Assembly: GCA_025453655.1 (NCBI GenBank)
Contig: JALOPX010000001.1
Location: forward strand, 1,376 to 65,375
DNA: 64,000 bases
Direction: 5' to 3'
Source of the DNA: Candidatus Krumholzibacteriia bacterium
Lineage (GTDB): Bacteria > Krumholzibacteriota > Krumholzibacteriia > Krumholzibacteriales > Krumholzibacteriaceae
In this document: one piece after another, positions 1 through 8,360 of the stretch
Position numbering within the stretch: the stretch's first letter is position 1
How the letters are laid out: every line of letters begins with the position of its first letter
Notes under the pieces: model-generated
Told to the model about the DNA's origin: nothing
Seen by the model: the letters and a program-made list of their open reading frames with translations, nothing else
Databases searched by the model: none
Program-made: the position numbers and the translations under genes

Positions 1-95
1 TCGTAACTCCTGTCATGATAGCCTGCAAGCGCTCGCCATGTTATCTGATAAGCATAGCGGGCACGGCGGGCGCTTCAGCCCCCGGCACATGTTTG

Positions 96-1151
96 CTACA
101 TGTCGTCCAGGGGACTCCTCACTCCCCTACCTCCCCGGTTCAACACGTGGGTATATATCATCGTCGTCTTCACGTCGCTGTGGCCGAGAAGCTCCTGGAT
201 CGTTCTGATATCGTACCCCTTCTCGAGAAGATGCGTCGCAAACGAATGTCTCATCGTATGACAGCTCGCCGGTTTGGCTACGCCCGCCTGCCTGACGGCG
301 CTTTTTACCGCCCGCTGCAGCACCGATTCATGAAGATGGTGACGCCGCGTCTCGCCGGTCTCCCGGTCGCGATAGAATCTCGTGGCCGGGAATACCCACT
401 GCCAGCCCCATTCCCGCGCCGCGTTCGGGTACTTGCGCGCGAGCGCGTCAGGGAGAGCGACGGCGCCGTATCCTTTTCGAAGATCCGCATCGTGCTGAAT
501 CCTGACGCGCGATATATGCTCGGCGAGCGGCCTTTTGAGGCTCGCCGGCAGGAGCGTCATCCGGTCCTTCTGCCCTTTTCCGTTTCGCACTGTGATTTCT
601 CCGCGGACAAAATCGACATCCTTGATCCTCAGCCGCGCGCACTCCAGGAGCCTCAGTCCCGACCCGTAGAGAATCGACGCCATGAGCCATGTGACGCCGT
701 GCAACTGCCCGAGAACCGCATGAACCTCGCTTTGCGTCAGCACGACGGGGAGCCTCACGGGCTTTTTGGCCCGCACAACATCGTCGAGCCAGTCGAGGTC
801 CTTTCTTAGCACTTCCCTGTAGAGGAACAGGATCGCGTTGAGAGCCTGGTTCTGCGTCGAGGCGCTGACCTGCCCTTTTGTCGCGAGATGAGAAAGGAAT
901 GCGGTGATCTCCTTCTCGCCCATGACGAGCGGGTGTTTCTTTCCGTGGAACAAAATGTATCGCCTGATCCACGCGACATAGGTTTTCTCGGTCCTTCGGC
1001 TGTAATGCCTCGCCTGAATGGCCCGGCTCACCAGTTCGAGAAGCCTCGGCTCGCGGCGGATATTATCCGGCCCTTCCCGCGCGAATATTATAGATGAATA
1101 AATCTTGCCGGTGCCCGACGGGCCCGCCTGTGGATAATGATTCATTGACAT
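96..1151 (-). CDS. intI: Integron-type integrase (tyrosine recombinase), apparently intact
   Basis: Near-colinear with class 1 IntI. The IntI-specific additional domain is present ([27 protein letters not shown]). C-terminal motifs [39 protein letters not shown] are present with an R..K..HxxR..Y catalytic set. The N-terminal ~20 aa of the ORF may be an over-extension; the true start could be an internal non-ATG codon. Confidence 0.85.
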   Translation of the reverse strand: MSMNHYPQAGPSGTGKIYSSIIFAREGPDNIRREPRLLELVSRAIQARHYSRRTEKTYVAWIRRYILFHGKKHPLVMGEKEITAFLSHLATKGQVSASTQNQALNAILFLYREVLRKDLDWLDDVVRAKKPVRLPVVLTQSEVHAVLGQLHGVTWLMASILYGSGLRLLECARLRIKDVDFVRGEITVRNGKGQKDRMTLLPASLKRPLAEHISRVRIQHDADLRKGYGAVALPDALARKYPNAAREWGWQWVFPATRFYRDRETGETRRHHLHESVLQRAVKSAVRQAGVAKPASCHTMRHSFATHLLEKGYDIRTIQELLGHSDVKTTMIYTHVLNRGGRGVRSPLDDM

Positions 1152-1285
1152 CCCTGCACCCCAAACCGGATAGTGCCAGGCGCTCTGTAAAATCCCCGGA
1201 TCGCGCTGCCATTATATCCGGTTATGTGGTTGGATGTCAAGAAGATAGTCGCTTCGCTACTTCGAGGATCCCCTGTCTTCCCCGC

Positions 1286-2335
1286 CTACCTCTTCCCCTT
1301 CTCGAGGTCGAGCAGATATTTCTTTCGCCACAGCCCCCCGCCGTACCCGGTGAGCCTGCCGTCCGCGCCGATCACCCTGTGGCACGGGATGATGATCGCG
1401 ATCCTGTTGTCGCCGTTCGCCCTCGCCACCGCCCGCACCGCGGCGGGCATGCCGATCGCAGCGGCCTGCTCGCCGTAGGAGCGTGTCGCTCCGTAGGGGA
1501 TCTTTCGAAGCCCCGCCCAGACCTTCTCCTGAAACGGCGTCCCGGTCGTGATGAGGGGAAGGTCGAATGCCTTTCGCTTCCCGGCGAAATATTCCCCGAT
1601 CTGCGCGTTCAGAGCGTCGAAGTGCCTGCAGGGCCCGGGGACGCATTCGGCGCCGAGGAGTTTGTTGATCCGCCTGATCTGCGTCTCCAGCATCCTCCTG
1701 TCGGCGAACTCGAAGAGGCAGATCCCCTCGTCGGTCCCGCCGGCCAGCATCGGCCCGAGCGGAGTGAGGATCCTCGTCGTCGAGACGAGCCTCCCCTCGC
1801 GGCTTTTGACCGGAGAGAAGCCTGCCGCCTTTTTGAATGAATCGGTGAACCCGCTGAGCGATTCGTACCCCGAATCGAAGGCGGTGTCGACGACCTTTTC
1901 GCCGTGCCTTATCCTGCCGAAGGCCTGCCCGACCCGCAGCGAGCGAAGGTAAGCCTGGAATGTCATCCCGTGATACTTCTTGAACCAGTGCCTGACACGG
2001 CTGGGGTCGAGGCCGCGGGCGCGAAGTTCCGCGTCGCGCATCGTCAGGCCAGAGCCCACGGCGATCTCCTCGAGAAGGGGCGCGAGCCATTCCGGCGCGG
2101 CCCCCCTGTGCTCCATCGGCCGGCAGACCTTGCAGGGCCTGTACCCGTGATGAAGCGCTTCGCCCGCCGACCCGAAGAACTCGACGTTCTCCCGTTTCGG
2201 TTTCCGCGCGGTGCACGTCGGGCGGCAGAATATCCCCGTCGTTTTGACGCCCACGACGAATATTCCCTCGTAGCCGGTGTCCTTGTTCAGCAGCGCTTTA
2301 TACAATGTGTCGTCGTCCGGCAGTGAGCGTTCCAT
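1286..2335 (-). CDS. ada: Bifunctional Ada: N-terminal methylphosphotriester-DNA methyltransferase with AraC-type HTH, plus C-terminal O6-methylguanine-DNA methyltransferase
   Basis: N-terminal Cys4 Zn motif (FCRPTC...CKVC), a central AraC HTH and the C-terminal PCHRV active-site motif. A GGAAAGG Shine-Dalgarno sits 7 nt before the ATG. Confidence 0.9.
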   Translation of the reverse strand: MERSLPDDDTLYKALLNKDTGYEGIFVVGVKTTGIFCRPTCTARKPKRENVEFFGSAGEALHHGYRPCKVCRPMEHRGAAPEWLAPLLEEIAVGSGLTMRDAELRARGLDPSRVRHWFKKYHGMTFQAYLRSLRVGQAFGRIRHGEKVVDTAFDSGYESLSGFTDSFKKAAGFSPVKSREGRLVSTTRILTPLGPMLAGGTDEGICLFEFADRRMLETQIRRINKLLGAECVPGPCRHFDALNAQIGEYFAGKRKAFDLPLITTGTPFQEKVWAGLRKIPYGATRSYGEQAAAIGMPAAVRAVARANGDNRIAIIIPCHRVIGADGRLTGYGGGLWRKKYLLDLEKGKR

Positions 2336-2526
2336 GAATTCGCCTTTCCGTTACCGGAATTTCGGGGCGGCTCCGAAATCGGAGACCTCCCGTAACTTCC
2401 GGCTCTTTCGAAACCCCGGGCTTCCCGGGCTCGTTAAATGCCCCGGCTCACCGCCAACATGCCACCATCGGGAAAAGGCCGCAACCGAAAATCGAAGAAG
2501 CATTTTTTATCCTTAAAATATTTTCA

Positions 2527-2566
2527 CGGAAAAACGAAGCCCGGGAATAAATCCCCGGGCTTCGTT
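2527..2566 (-). terminator. Rho-independent terminator for the minus-strand OMP gene
   Basis: Perfect 13-bp stem AACGAAGCCCGGG / CCCGGGCTTCGTT with an 8-nt loop. On the minus strand it is followed by TTTTCCG. It lies ~30 nt past the stop at 2594. Confidence 0.6.
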
Positions 2567-2593
2567 GTGTCACGATATGGTGACGGCGATGGA

Positions 2594-3622
2594 TTAAAAC
2601 ATCTTCCCCAACACAAGCCCATAGACATGATCGTACTTGTTTTCGCCATAAAATTCATCGGTTCGGGCCGGATAATCCTTCCTCGCATAATCCAGCCTTG
2701 CCACGATCCCATTCTGAGGATGTCGGTACCCGATCCCAAAACCCAGATACGAATACTTTATGGAATTATAAGTATACGAAGTGCTGCGGGATCCGGTTCT
2801 GACATACAGTGTTTCAAACAATGAAGCTTCAAAGCCAAAGCGAAATCCACTGGCCTCCCTCAGATAATATCCGAGTTCACTGCTTCCGCCGACCTGATCG
2901 TAAAGAACGCGAACACCCACGCCCGGCACATCCCGCCCCAGGATTCTTGATGCCGATGCATGCGGCGGCGTGGAAATATCCATCCCGAATCCGAATCTGT
3001 TTTCCCGAAACTGCTCGATCGGGTCTGATTCACTGAAATATTCGATGTCTTTCCCGATATTTTTTAAACAGGTCCCTATCGTCGCGCGAAGAGCATACCC
3101 TTCCTGGGTCGTAACGGACCATGAGGCGATCGCTCCCATATCGAAGCTTGTATAGGCGACGGTATACTCCTCAACATGTTTGAACGCAACACCAAGGCCG
3201 ATCGAGTAGTTCCCCATGCGCCGGCCCACAGCCGCGGCCCCGGACAGGTAATAATTGAGGCGATCGCATTGGGCGGGGTCCGCGAAATAAGTGCAATCGA
3301 CATCAAGCGCTTCACTTGAATATCCGACAAGCCCGCCGAACAGGATATTCCCCTTCGATCCTCCCGCCGTAATTCTCATGTCGGTATATTTCAACTGCTC
3401 GAGGAGTTTATTATAGCTCGCTTCGAGGTATACGCCGTTCGTCCAGGCGAGGGCCGCCGGATTGTAATATCCGTTGACCGGCGCCGCGAGGTCCGCTGTT
3501 CCCGCCTCCCCCATCCCGATATTTCTTGTTCCCCGGGAGTATACCAGCACCTGGGAATGTGCGGGTGCGCCTGTCGCCCCGGCGATGCAAAAGACCAGCA
3601 GAAACGTTCCTGCCCTTTTCAT
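2594..3622 (-). CDS. FadL/TodX/PorV-like outer-membrane transport beta-barrel
   Basis: Signal peptide MKRAGTFLLVFCIAGATGAPAHS. Hatch-like N-terminus with GxGxAGxAD...NPAAL (NPA motif). Strand-alternating pattern and a C-terminal aromatic residue (..KMF). Start moved to the third in-frame ATG (3622), which has a GGAGG SD at 6-nt spacing; the track start at 3649 lacks an SD. Confidence 0.6.
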   Translation of the reverse strand: MKRAGTFLLVFCIAGATGAPAHSQVLVYSRGTRNIGMGEAGTADLAAPVNGYYNPAALAWTNGVYLEASYNKLLEQLKYTDMRITAGGSKGNILFGGLVGYSSEALDVDCTYFADPAQCDRLNYYLSGAAAVGRRMGNYSIGLGVAFKHVEEYTVAYTSFDMGAIASWSVTTQEGYALRATIGTCLKNIGKDIEYFSESDPIEQFRENRFGFGMDISTPPHASASRILGRDVPGVGVRVLYDQVGGSSELGYYLREASGFRFGFEASLFETLYVRTGSRSTSYTYNSIKYSYLGFGIGYRHPQNGIVARLDYARKDYPARTDEFYGENKYDHVYGLVLGKMF

Positions 3623-3664
3623 GTTTCCCCTCCTCATTTCATTACTCATCCCGCTTCGCGAACG

Positions 3665-4219
3665 TTAAAACCCGAACAGGACGCCCGCGGTGATGACGTA
3701 GAAATTGCTTTCCGTCTCCCCGCGGCCCGGGATCTCCTCGAAATCGTAATCGATGAAGACGTAGCGAATGTCGCCGGCCAGTATCACCGGGCCGGCCGGC
3801 AGCTCGACTCCGCCGCCGAAATGCCAGCCAATCTCCTGCACGGTGTCTTCCTCGAGAAGAGGCAGCACCGTCTCGTCATAATCGATCGTCGTGTTGTACC
3901 AGCCTATCCCCATGGCGCCGTAGACCTGGGGGATGGGGAAGATCATGCCGGTCACCATCACGGGCCAGCTTCTCACCGTCACGATATCGTCGCCGTACTT
4001 TTCCTCGCGATAATTGATCGACGCCTCGACGCCGATGACGGGCGTGAGCTTCATCCTGAAGGCGGCGCCGTACATCATCTCGCCGTCATCCGCTCCCTTC
4101 GCCTTGTAGTATCCGATCTGCGGGCCGAGACATATCCCGGCCGCCTCCGCCCGATCGGCGGCGGACACGGCGATGATCGAAACCAGGAGCGCTGGAATGA
4201 ACAACATTCTTTTAGTCAC
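3665..4219 (-). CDS. Small outer-membrane beta-barrel protein (8-strand OmpA/OmpW-like fold)
   Basis: Likely GTG start 8 nt after GAGGAGG, giving MTKRMLFIPALLVSIIAVSAADRAEA (signal peptide). Alternating hydrophobic pattern and C-terminal ..GVLFGF. The 5-prime 150 nt of the track ORF lack signal-peptide features. Confidence 0.6.
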   Translation of the reverse strand: MTKRMLFIPALLVSIIAVSAADRAEAAGICLGPQIGYYKAKGADDGEMMYGAAFRMKLTPVIGVEASINYREEKYGDDIVTVRSWPVMVTGMIFPIPQVYGAMGIGWYNTTIDYDETVLPLLEEDTVQEIGWHFGGGVELPAGPVILAGDIRYVFIDYDFEEIPGRGETESNFYVITAGVLFGF

Positions 4220-4376
4220 GATGTTTGCCTCCTCGAAGACAGGATTGAACAATTCTTTACGCCGCGGCGCCCTTATGCCGATTGGGTCGAGCAGCCCGGG
4301 GCGGCAGGCGGCCAACGTTCCACGGGGGGGAGCTGAGCGGGCCGCCGGCGGCCCGCTCTCTCCTTGCGACATCCCG

Positions 4377-5282
4377 TCACCGGTTGAATATCTTCTTGTA
4401 CCAGGGTTTCTTGACCGGCTCTTCAGGTTTTGTCACAACCTGTTTTTCGTCGATCTCCTTATATATGGAAACCGCGAGGTCGTCCCCCGACTCCCCCTCC
4501 TCCATCTTTCTTTCGATTAACCGGTCGAGTTCATCGTAATCGGTCCCCTTGTCCGCTCCGTACGACATCGCGCGGGTCATCTTCTCGATATCCTCCCCCC
4601 GCATATCCCTCGCGACGGCCCTGTCCACCGCCGATTCGACATGCCTTACCGGCACTCCAGCTCCGGCGGCATTCTCGATCGAAACCGCAGCGCTTTCCTC
4701 GTCTTCGCGCGACGCTTCCTTCCTCGCGCGGAGTCTCTCGAGGATCCTCGTCTTCGACTGCTCGACGCTCCCCTGCCACTCCTCTTTTTTGGCGGCATCC
4801 CAGTCGTCCGATCCCGGAGGATATTTGTGCGTCATCTCGCGATCCCGGACGCGGTCGCGATCGCCTTCCCCTTCCTTCGTCTTCCCCGGAGGAGCGCCCG
4901 CCCCTCCCCATCCCGTTTTTTCGCCATGCGACCATCCCGGAGGATTGCCGTCCGTCCATTCATTCATCCCCTCGTCGGAGATATGGCGGGGTCTGTATTT
5001 TTCCCCCTTGCCCCGGTCGCCTCTGTCCCTTTTTCCCTTTTCTTTGTCCCCCTTGTCCCTGCCGGTCGAGTCGGCCCTGCCGAACTCTGCGCCCGATTTT
5101 TCCTTCGCGCCCTTTTCTTTTACGACTTTTTCCCCGTCGACCTTCTGTTCGCTCTTCTTTTTGCCCTTGTCGGCGTTCTTCGTCTGCCCCTTCCCCTGAG
5201 CCTGCGCTCCGGCTGAAACGGTAAGGGCCCAGACGACGGCGAGGGCCAGCACGAATAGATTGAACTTTTTAATATTTTTCAT
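4377..5282 (-). CDS. Secreted low-complexity Lys/Gly/Asp/Glu-rich protein of unknown function
   Basis: ATG with AAGGGAG SD. Signal peptide MKNIKKFNLFVLALAVVWALTVSAGAQA followed by ~270 aa of charged repeats (DKGKKK, KGEKY). No recognisable domain. Confidence 0.55.
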   Translation of the reverse strand: MKNIKKFNLFVLALAVVWALTVSAGAQAQGKGQTKNADKGKKKSEQKVDGEKVVKEKGAKEKSGAEFGRADSTGRDKGDKEKGKRDRGDRGKGEKYRPRHISDEGMNEWTDGNPPGWSHGEKTGWGGAGAPPGKTKEGEGDRDRVRDREMTHKYPPGSDDWDAAKKEEWQGSVEQSKTRILERLRARKEASREDEESAAVSIENAAGAGVPVRHVESAVDRAVARDMRGEDIEKMTRAMSYGADKGTDYDELDRLIERKMEEGESGDDLAVSIYKEIDEKQVVTKPEEPVKKPWYKKIFNR

Positions 5283-5388
5283 GATCCAGTCTCCCTTTCC
5301 TCTTTCGTGAGATTGCCCGTTATCTTTGTCTCACCTCCTCCTTATATCTATGGTTCCGTTCGATCCCTCGCTTAATGTCCGGCGGCGA

Positions 5389-6039
5389 TCAGAATCCCAT
5401 CCCCGCCGATATGCACCAGGTGTTGTTTTTTACCCTGAAATTTTCTTCCGTCATGCAATTGTATGCCTCGTACTGCCAGAACGGTTCGTGGCTGTACATG
5501 AATTCGATCAGGAGCGTCCTGCCCGAAAACAACTTCTTTTCGACTCCGACACCCATGGTGAGTTCCAGCACCATGTCGGTCCACATATCCTCTATCCCCA
5601 TGTTAAAATGGTCGCCTTCCGCATACGAGATAAAATAACTGATCCTCGGGCCGAGCAGGATGTACGGGGACGCAAGCTCCCTTTCGACCGTGTACTTTGC
5701 CAGAATCGGCACGCTCAGGTAATGATAAAGGGAGTAATTGGTTCTTGTGCCGTCGGGAAATCCCCCCTCGTCGGTCACTTCGACCTCATACCCCATCCCC
5801 TTCGGAAAATAATCGAGCCCCGTGATCAGGCTGATGTTGTGGTAATCGAAGAACTCCGCGAAAACGCCAAAGTTAACTCCCCACCTTCTCGAGATATCGT
5901 CCTGGTCGATCCATTCGTGCTCCCATACCTGGACGGCGGAGGTATATCCGACCTTCACGCCCCACTGTTGGATGGCATTCGCCGAAGAGGCCGGAAGTAA
6001 CAGAGTCAGCGCCGCCGGAATAACATTGATGAGTTTGAT
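5389..6039 (-). CDS. Outer-membrane beta-barrel protein; the start is probably non-canonical
   Basis: The track start (GTG at 5958) gives no signal peptide. The in-frame upstream 27 codons encode IKLINVIPAALTLLLPASSANA (a signal peptide with an AxA cleavage site). They begin at an ATC codon (6037-6039) placed 5 nt after a GGAGGT SD. The C-terminus is ..SAGMGF. Confidence 0.55.
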   Translation of the reverse strand: MKLINVIPAALTLLLPASSANAIQQWGVKVGYTSAVQVWEHEWIDQDDISRRWGVNFGVFAEFFDYHNISLITGLDYFPKGMGYEVEVTDEGGFPDGTRTNYSLYHYLSVPILAKYTVERELASPYILLGPRISYFISYAEGDHFNMGIEDMWTDMVLELTMGVGVEKKLFSGRTLLIEFMYSHEPFWQYEAYNCMTEENFRVKNNTWCISAGMGF

Positions 6040-6409
6040 ATCGCACCTCCGTGGAATATTAAAAGGCTCCCCTATGAGCCTCGGTTATTGTACAGCCATT
6101 TGATGGAGGGGCTCAAGCCAAAACAGAATCTTTCCTGCCCGGATAATCCCTTGCCCGCCGGACGTCTCCTTATTATATTATTTGCGCAAGCCACCGATGA
6201 ATTCCCCACCAAAAGCGGCCGATACCGAACGCGATGTAATTATCCGACGTCAACTGGTCACGCGGGCCATTACGCGGGAGGTTCGGGATGCACAGGCCGA
6301 TAACGGTTGCGGAAAGACATTACGGGGCTGACGCCCTGAAAGCTTTTTTCGCCACCGCCGTTCTTCATCTTCTCGCTTTCCTTCTCATTCCGCCCTTCGA
6401 ATTCATCCC

Positions 6410-6700
6410 CTACAGGATGGGGCGCGACCCGCTTTCCGGACAATCTGCTTTCGAACCAGCGTTGCGGGGGGTGGCTCCTGTGCCGGCGACGATCCGGGTG
6501 CCGTACAGATACTCCCTGCGTTGAACGGTCCAGCCTCCGTTCACTCCTGAGACGAGCCCGGGCGAAAGTCCGGGCTCGAATCTTTTGCCCCCTGGCGCGG
6601 CGAAGATCCTGCCGGGCAGGCTTCCCTTCGTTTCGGCGCATACGTCCGGGGCTCCGCTTCTAATCACTTCAGCGGTTATGTCTCGAATTCCGCATTTCAT
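6410..6700 (-). CDS. Hypothetical 96-aa protein, possibly translationally coupled to the upstream small membrane protein
   Basis: ATGA start/stop overlap with 6697..6924. No recognisable domain and moderate GC3. It conflicts with a plus-strand ORF and terminator, so it may be spurious. Confidence 0.25.
   Translation of the reverse strand: MKCGIRDITAEVIRSGAPDVCAETKGSLPGRIFAAPGGKRFEPGLSPGLVSGVNGGWTVQRREYLYGTRIVAGTGATPRNAGSKADCPESGSRPIL
6554..6587 (+). terminator. Candidate plus-strand Rho-independent terminator
   Basis: GAGCCCGG-GCGAAAGU-CCGGGCUC (8-bp stem, 8-nt loop) followed by GAATCTTTTG. It sits 30 nt after the stop of the plus-strand 78-aa ORF 6288..6524. Confidence 0.35.
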
Positions 6701-6924
6701 CCCTTGCGCGGGGATGCCTTCGTGAAATAGCTCGATTTGATCCAGTTCCAGTTGAGGATCACGTGAAGCAGGATCGCGATCGCGAGAACGATCCCGCCCC
6801 CTTCGTGCCGTATCTCGAAAGCCGCGTGGGACATGCTGCCGCTGAAGAATCCGGAGAGAAGCTGATTGACGAGCAGGATCGCTATGATCGGGTTGAGCGT
6901 CTTCAGGGCCGAATTTCTTTTCAT
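6697..6924 (-). CDS. Small (75 aa) two-TM membrane protein, unknown function
   Basis: ATG with AAAGGAGG SD at 9-nt spacing. Two hydrophobic helices (NPIIAILLVNQLLSGFF and IVLAIAILLHVILNW). The 5-prime part of the track ORF (Arg-rich) is discarded. Confidence 0.5.
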   Translation of the reverse strand: MKRNSALKTLNPIIAILLVNQLLSGFFSGSMSHAAFEIRHEGGGIVLAIAILLHVILNWNWIKSSYFTKASPRKG

Positions 6925-7067
6925 GGGCCGCAACCTCCTTTTTAGATACCCCGGCCGATTATTGCAGAGACGAAGGCCCGCTGCCACAGAAAAGCCCCCT
7001 TCGCGGGAAGGGGGCTTCTGGATGAACGGGGCGCTGAGGCCCCGATAAAATTTCGCCGCCCGAAGGA

Positions 7068-7667
7068 TCACTGCTCCTTCAGATCGCTCGCCTGGTAGAT
7101 CGCCCATTTGTTCGTGTCGTTGTGATGAGGGCCGACGATGAACTGGACGTTCGCGAGGTCGCTCGTGAAGGACTTCAATTCGCCGTCCACGGTGATCTTG
7201 CATGTAAAGGAGTACTGCCTCGTGGTCGTATAGCAGTTTGCGCATACGTCCTCGACCAGTTCCCACACCGGAGCCCCTTCGAGCTTGAACTCGAGAAGGG
7301 AAGCATTCTTGAGAAGCCCCTCGGTCCCCGCGATATCCCTGGCTCTCGTCATGATCTGGTCGTCGCCCTGGGTGACGTCGACGATCGACATGTACCAGAC
7401 GTAGTCCTTGATATCGAGCGGATCGTCATAGAGGATAAGCTCGTAATGATCGGAGATCGCTTTCGATACGTCGCCCAGCCTGTTGTAGTTGTCGTAGAGA
7501 AGCAGGATCGTCTCGATGCAATCCTCTTTCTCGGTCAGGTCGGGCCAGTCGATATCCACGGGCTCGGGAGGCTTGTTGTCCTCCTCGGGGTTCAAAATAC
7601 ATCCCGATGCGCCGAGCATGAGGATCACCATCGCGGCGGCCATGGCGCGCCATATTTTAATCGTCAT
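7068..7667 (-). CDS. Lipoprotein of unknown function
   Basis: MTIKIWRAMAAAMVILMLGASGC signal with lipobox. AGGAGG SD 8 nt before this ATG. No known domain. Confidence 0.55.
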   Translation of the reverse strand: MTIKIWRAMAAAMVILMLGASGCILNPEEDNKPPEPVDIDWPDLTEKEDCIETILLLYDNYNRLGDVSKAISDHYELILYDDPLDIKDYVWYMSIVDVTQGDDQIMTRARDIAGTEGLLKNASLLEFKLEGAPVWELVEDVCANCYTTTRQYSFTCKITVDGELKSFTSDLANVQFIVGPHHNDTNKWAIYQASDLKEQ

Positions 7668-7781
7668 TTTCATTCCCTCCTTGAACACATTATACCACAA
7701 CGCCATAAGGGCGGCAAGTCATTATTAAAGAGTAAGGGCTTGCAGTATGTCTGATAAATCACGCTCCTTGCCCGGGGCAGA

Positions 7782-8345
7782 TCATTGCAATGTCCTTCTT
7801 AGATATGTCGATGTGGAATATGTCTCGTAAATGTCGACGTCCTCCCAGCTCACGAGCGCCCACCCCGTCGCCCCCTTCTCGACGATGAAGATCGCCTTTC
7901 CCGCGTATGTCTCGACCGGTTCCCCGCCCCCCGGGTCCAGGGTGATCACGTAGAGCCCCTCGTATTCCGCCCTCCCCACCTCGACATTCTCCCTCTCGAA
8001 GGTCATATTCTCGTCGCCGAAAAGGATCTCGCGCGCCGCGGGGTATTCCCCCTTGACCCTCGTGAGAAAATCGAGCTCCTCCGTCTTCCCCCATGCCGGG
8101 GCGTCGGGCCAGTCCTGGGGCCGGGCGATGAAGACGAACTCCTCCGCGAGGCTTCGTTCGTAATTCGAGTTGGCCGCGGAGCTGAATCCCGTCTGTAAAT
8201 TATAGAATATGCTCTTCGGCAGGATCGGCACGACCCAGGGATCCCCCTCCGCCAGCGGATCGTCGGCCGTGCGCGGCTCGAAGATGCACCCCGCGGCCGC
8301 GAAAGCCGCCGCCATGATCGCCGCCGAAAGTATTATTCTTCTCAT
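7782..8345 (-). CDS. Lipoprotein of unknown function
   Basis: MRRIILSAAIMAAAFAAAGC lipobox. Only 15 nt separate it from the upstream large OMP, so it is probably operonic. Confidence 0.55.
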   Translation of the reverse strand: MRRIILSAAIMAAAFAAAGCIFEPRTADDPLAEGDPWVVPILPKSIFYNLQTGFSSAANSNYERSLAEEFVFIARPQDWPDAPAWGKTEELDFLTRVKGEYPAAREILFGDENMTFERENVEVGRAEYEGLYVITLDPGGGEPVETYAGKAIFIVEKGATGWALVSWEDVDIYETYSTSTYLRRTLQ

Positions 8346-8360
8346 AACGATTCCCTTGCC

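Noticed and set aside
15-1840. Plus-strand ORFs 15..809 and 1094..1840, and minus-strand 305..972 and 1257..2216, overlapping intI and ada
   Set aside because: They lie antisense or out of frame to strongly supported conserved genes. Their Arg/Pro/Gly/Ala-rich translations are typical of high-GC shadow ORFs.
1152-2600. Gene-cassette array expected next to intI
   Set aside because: No attC-like imperfect palindromes with R/L boxes were found. ada is a full-length core gene reading toward intI. Only the weak GTTGGAT and TTGACA motifs are noted in the finding.
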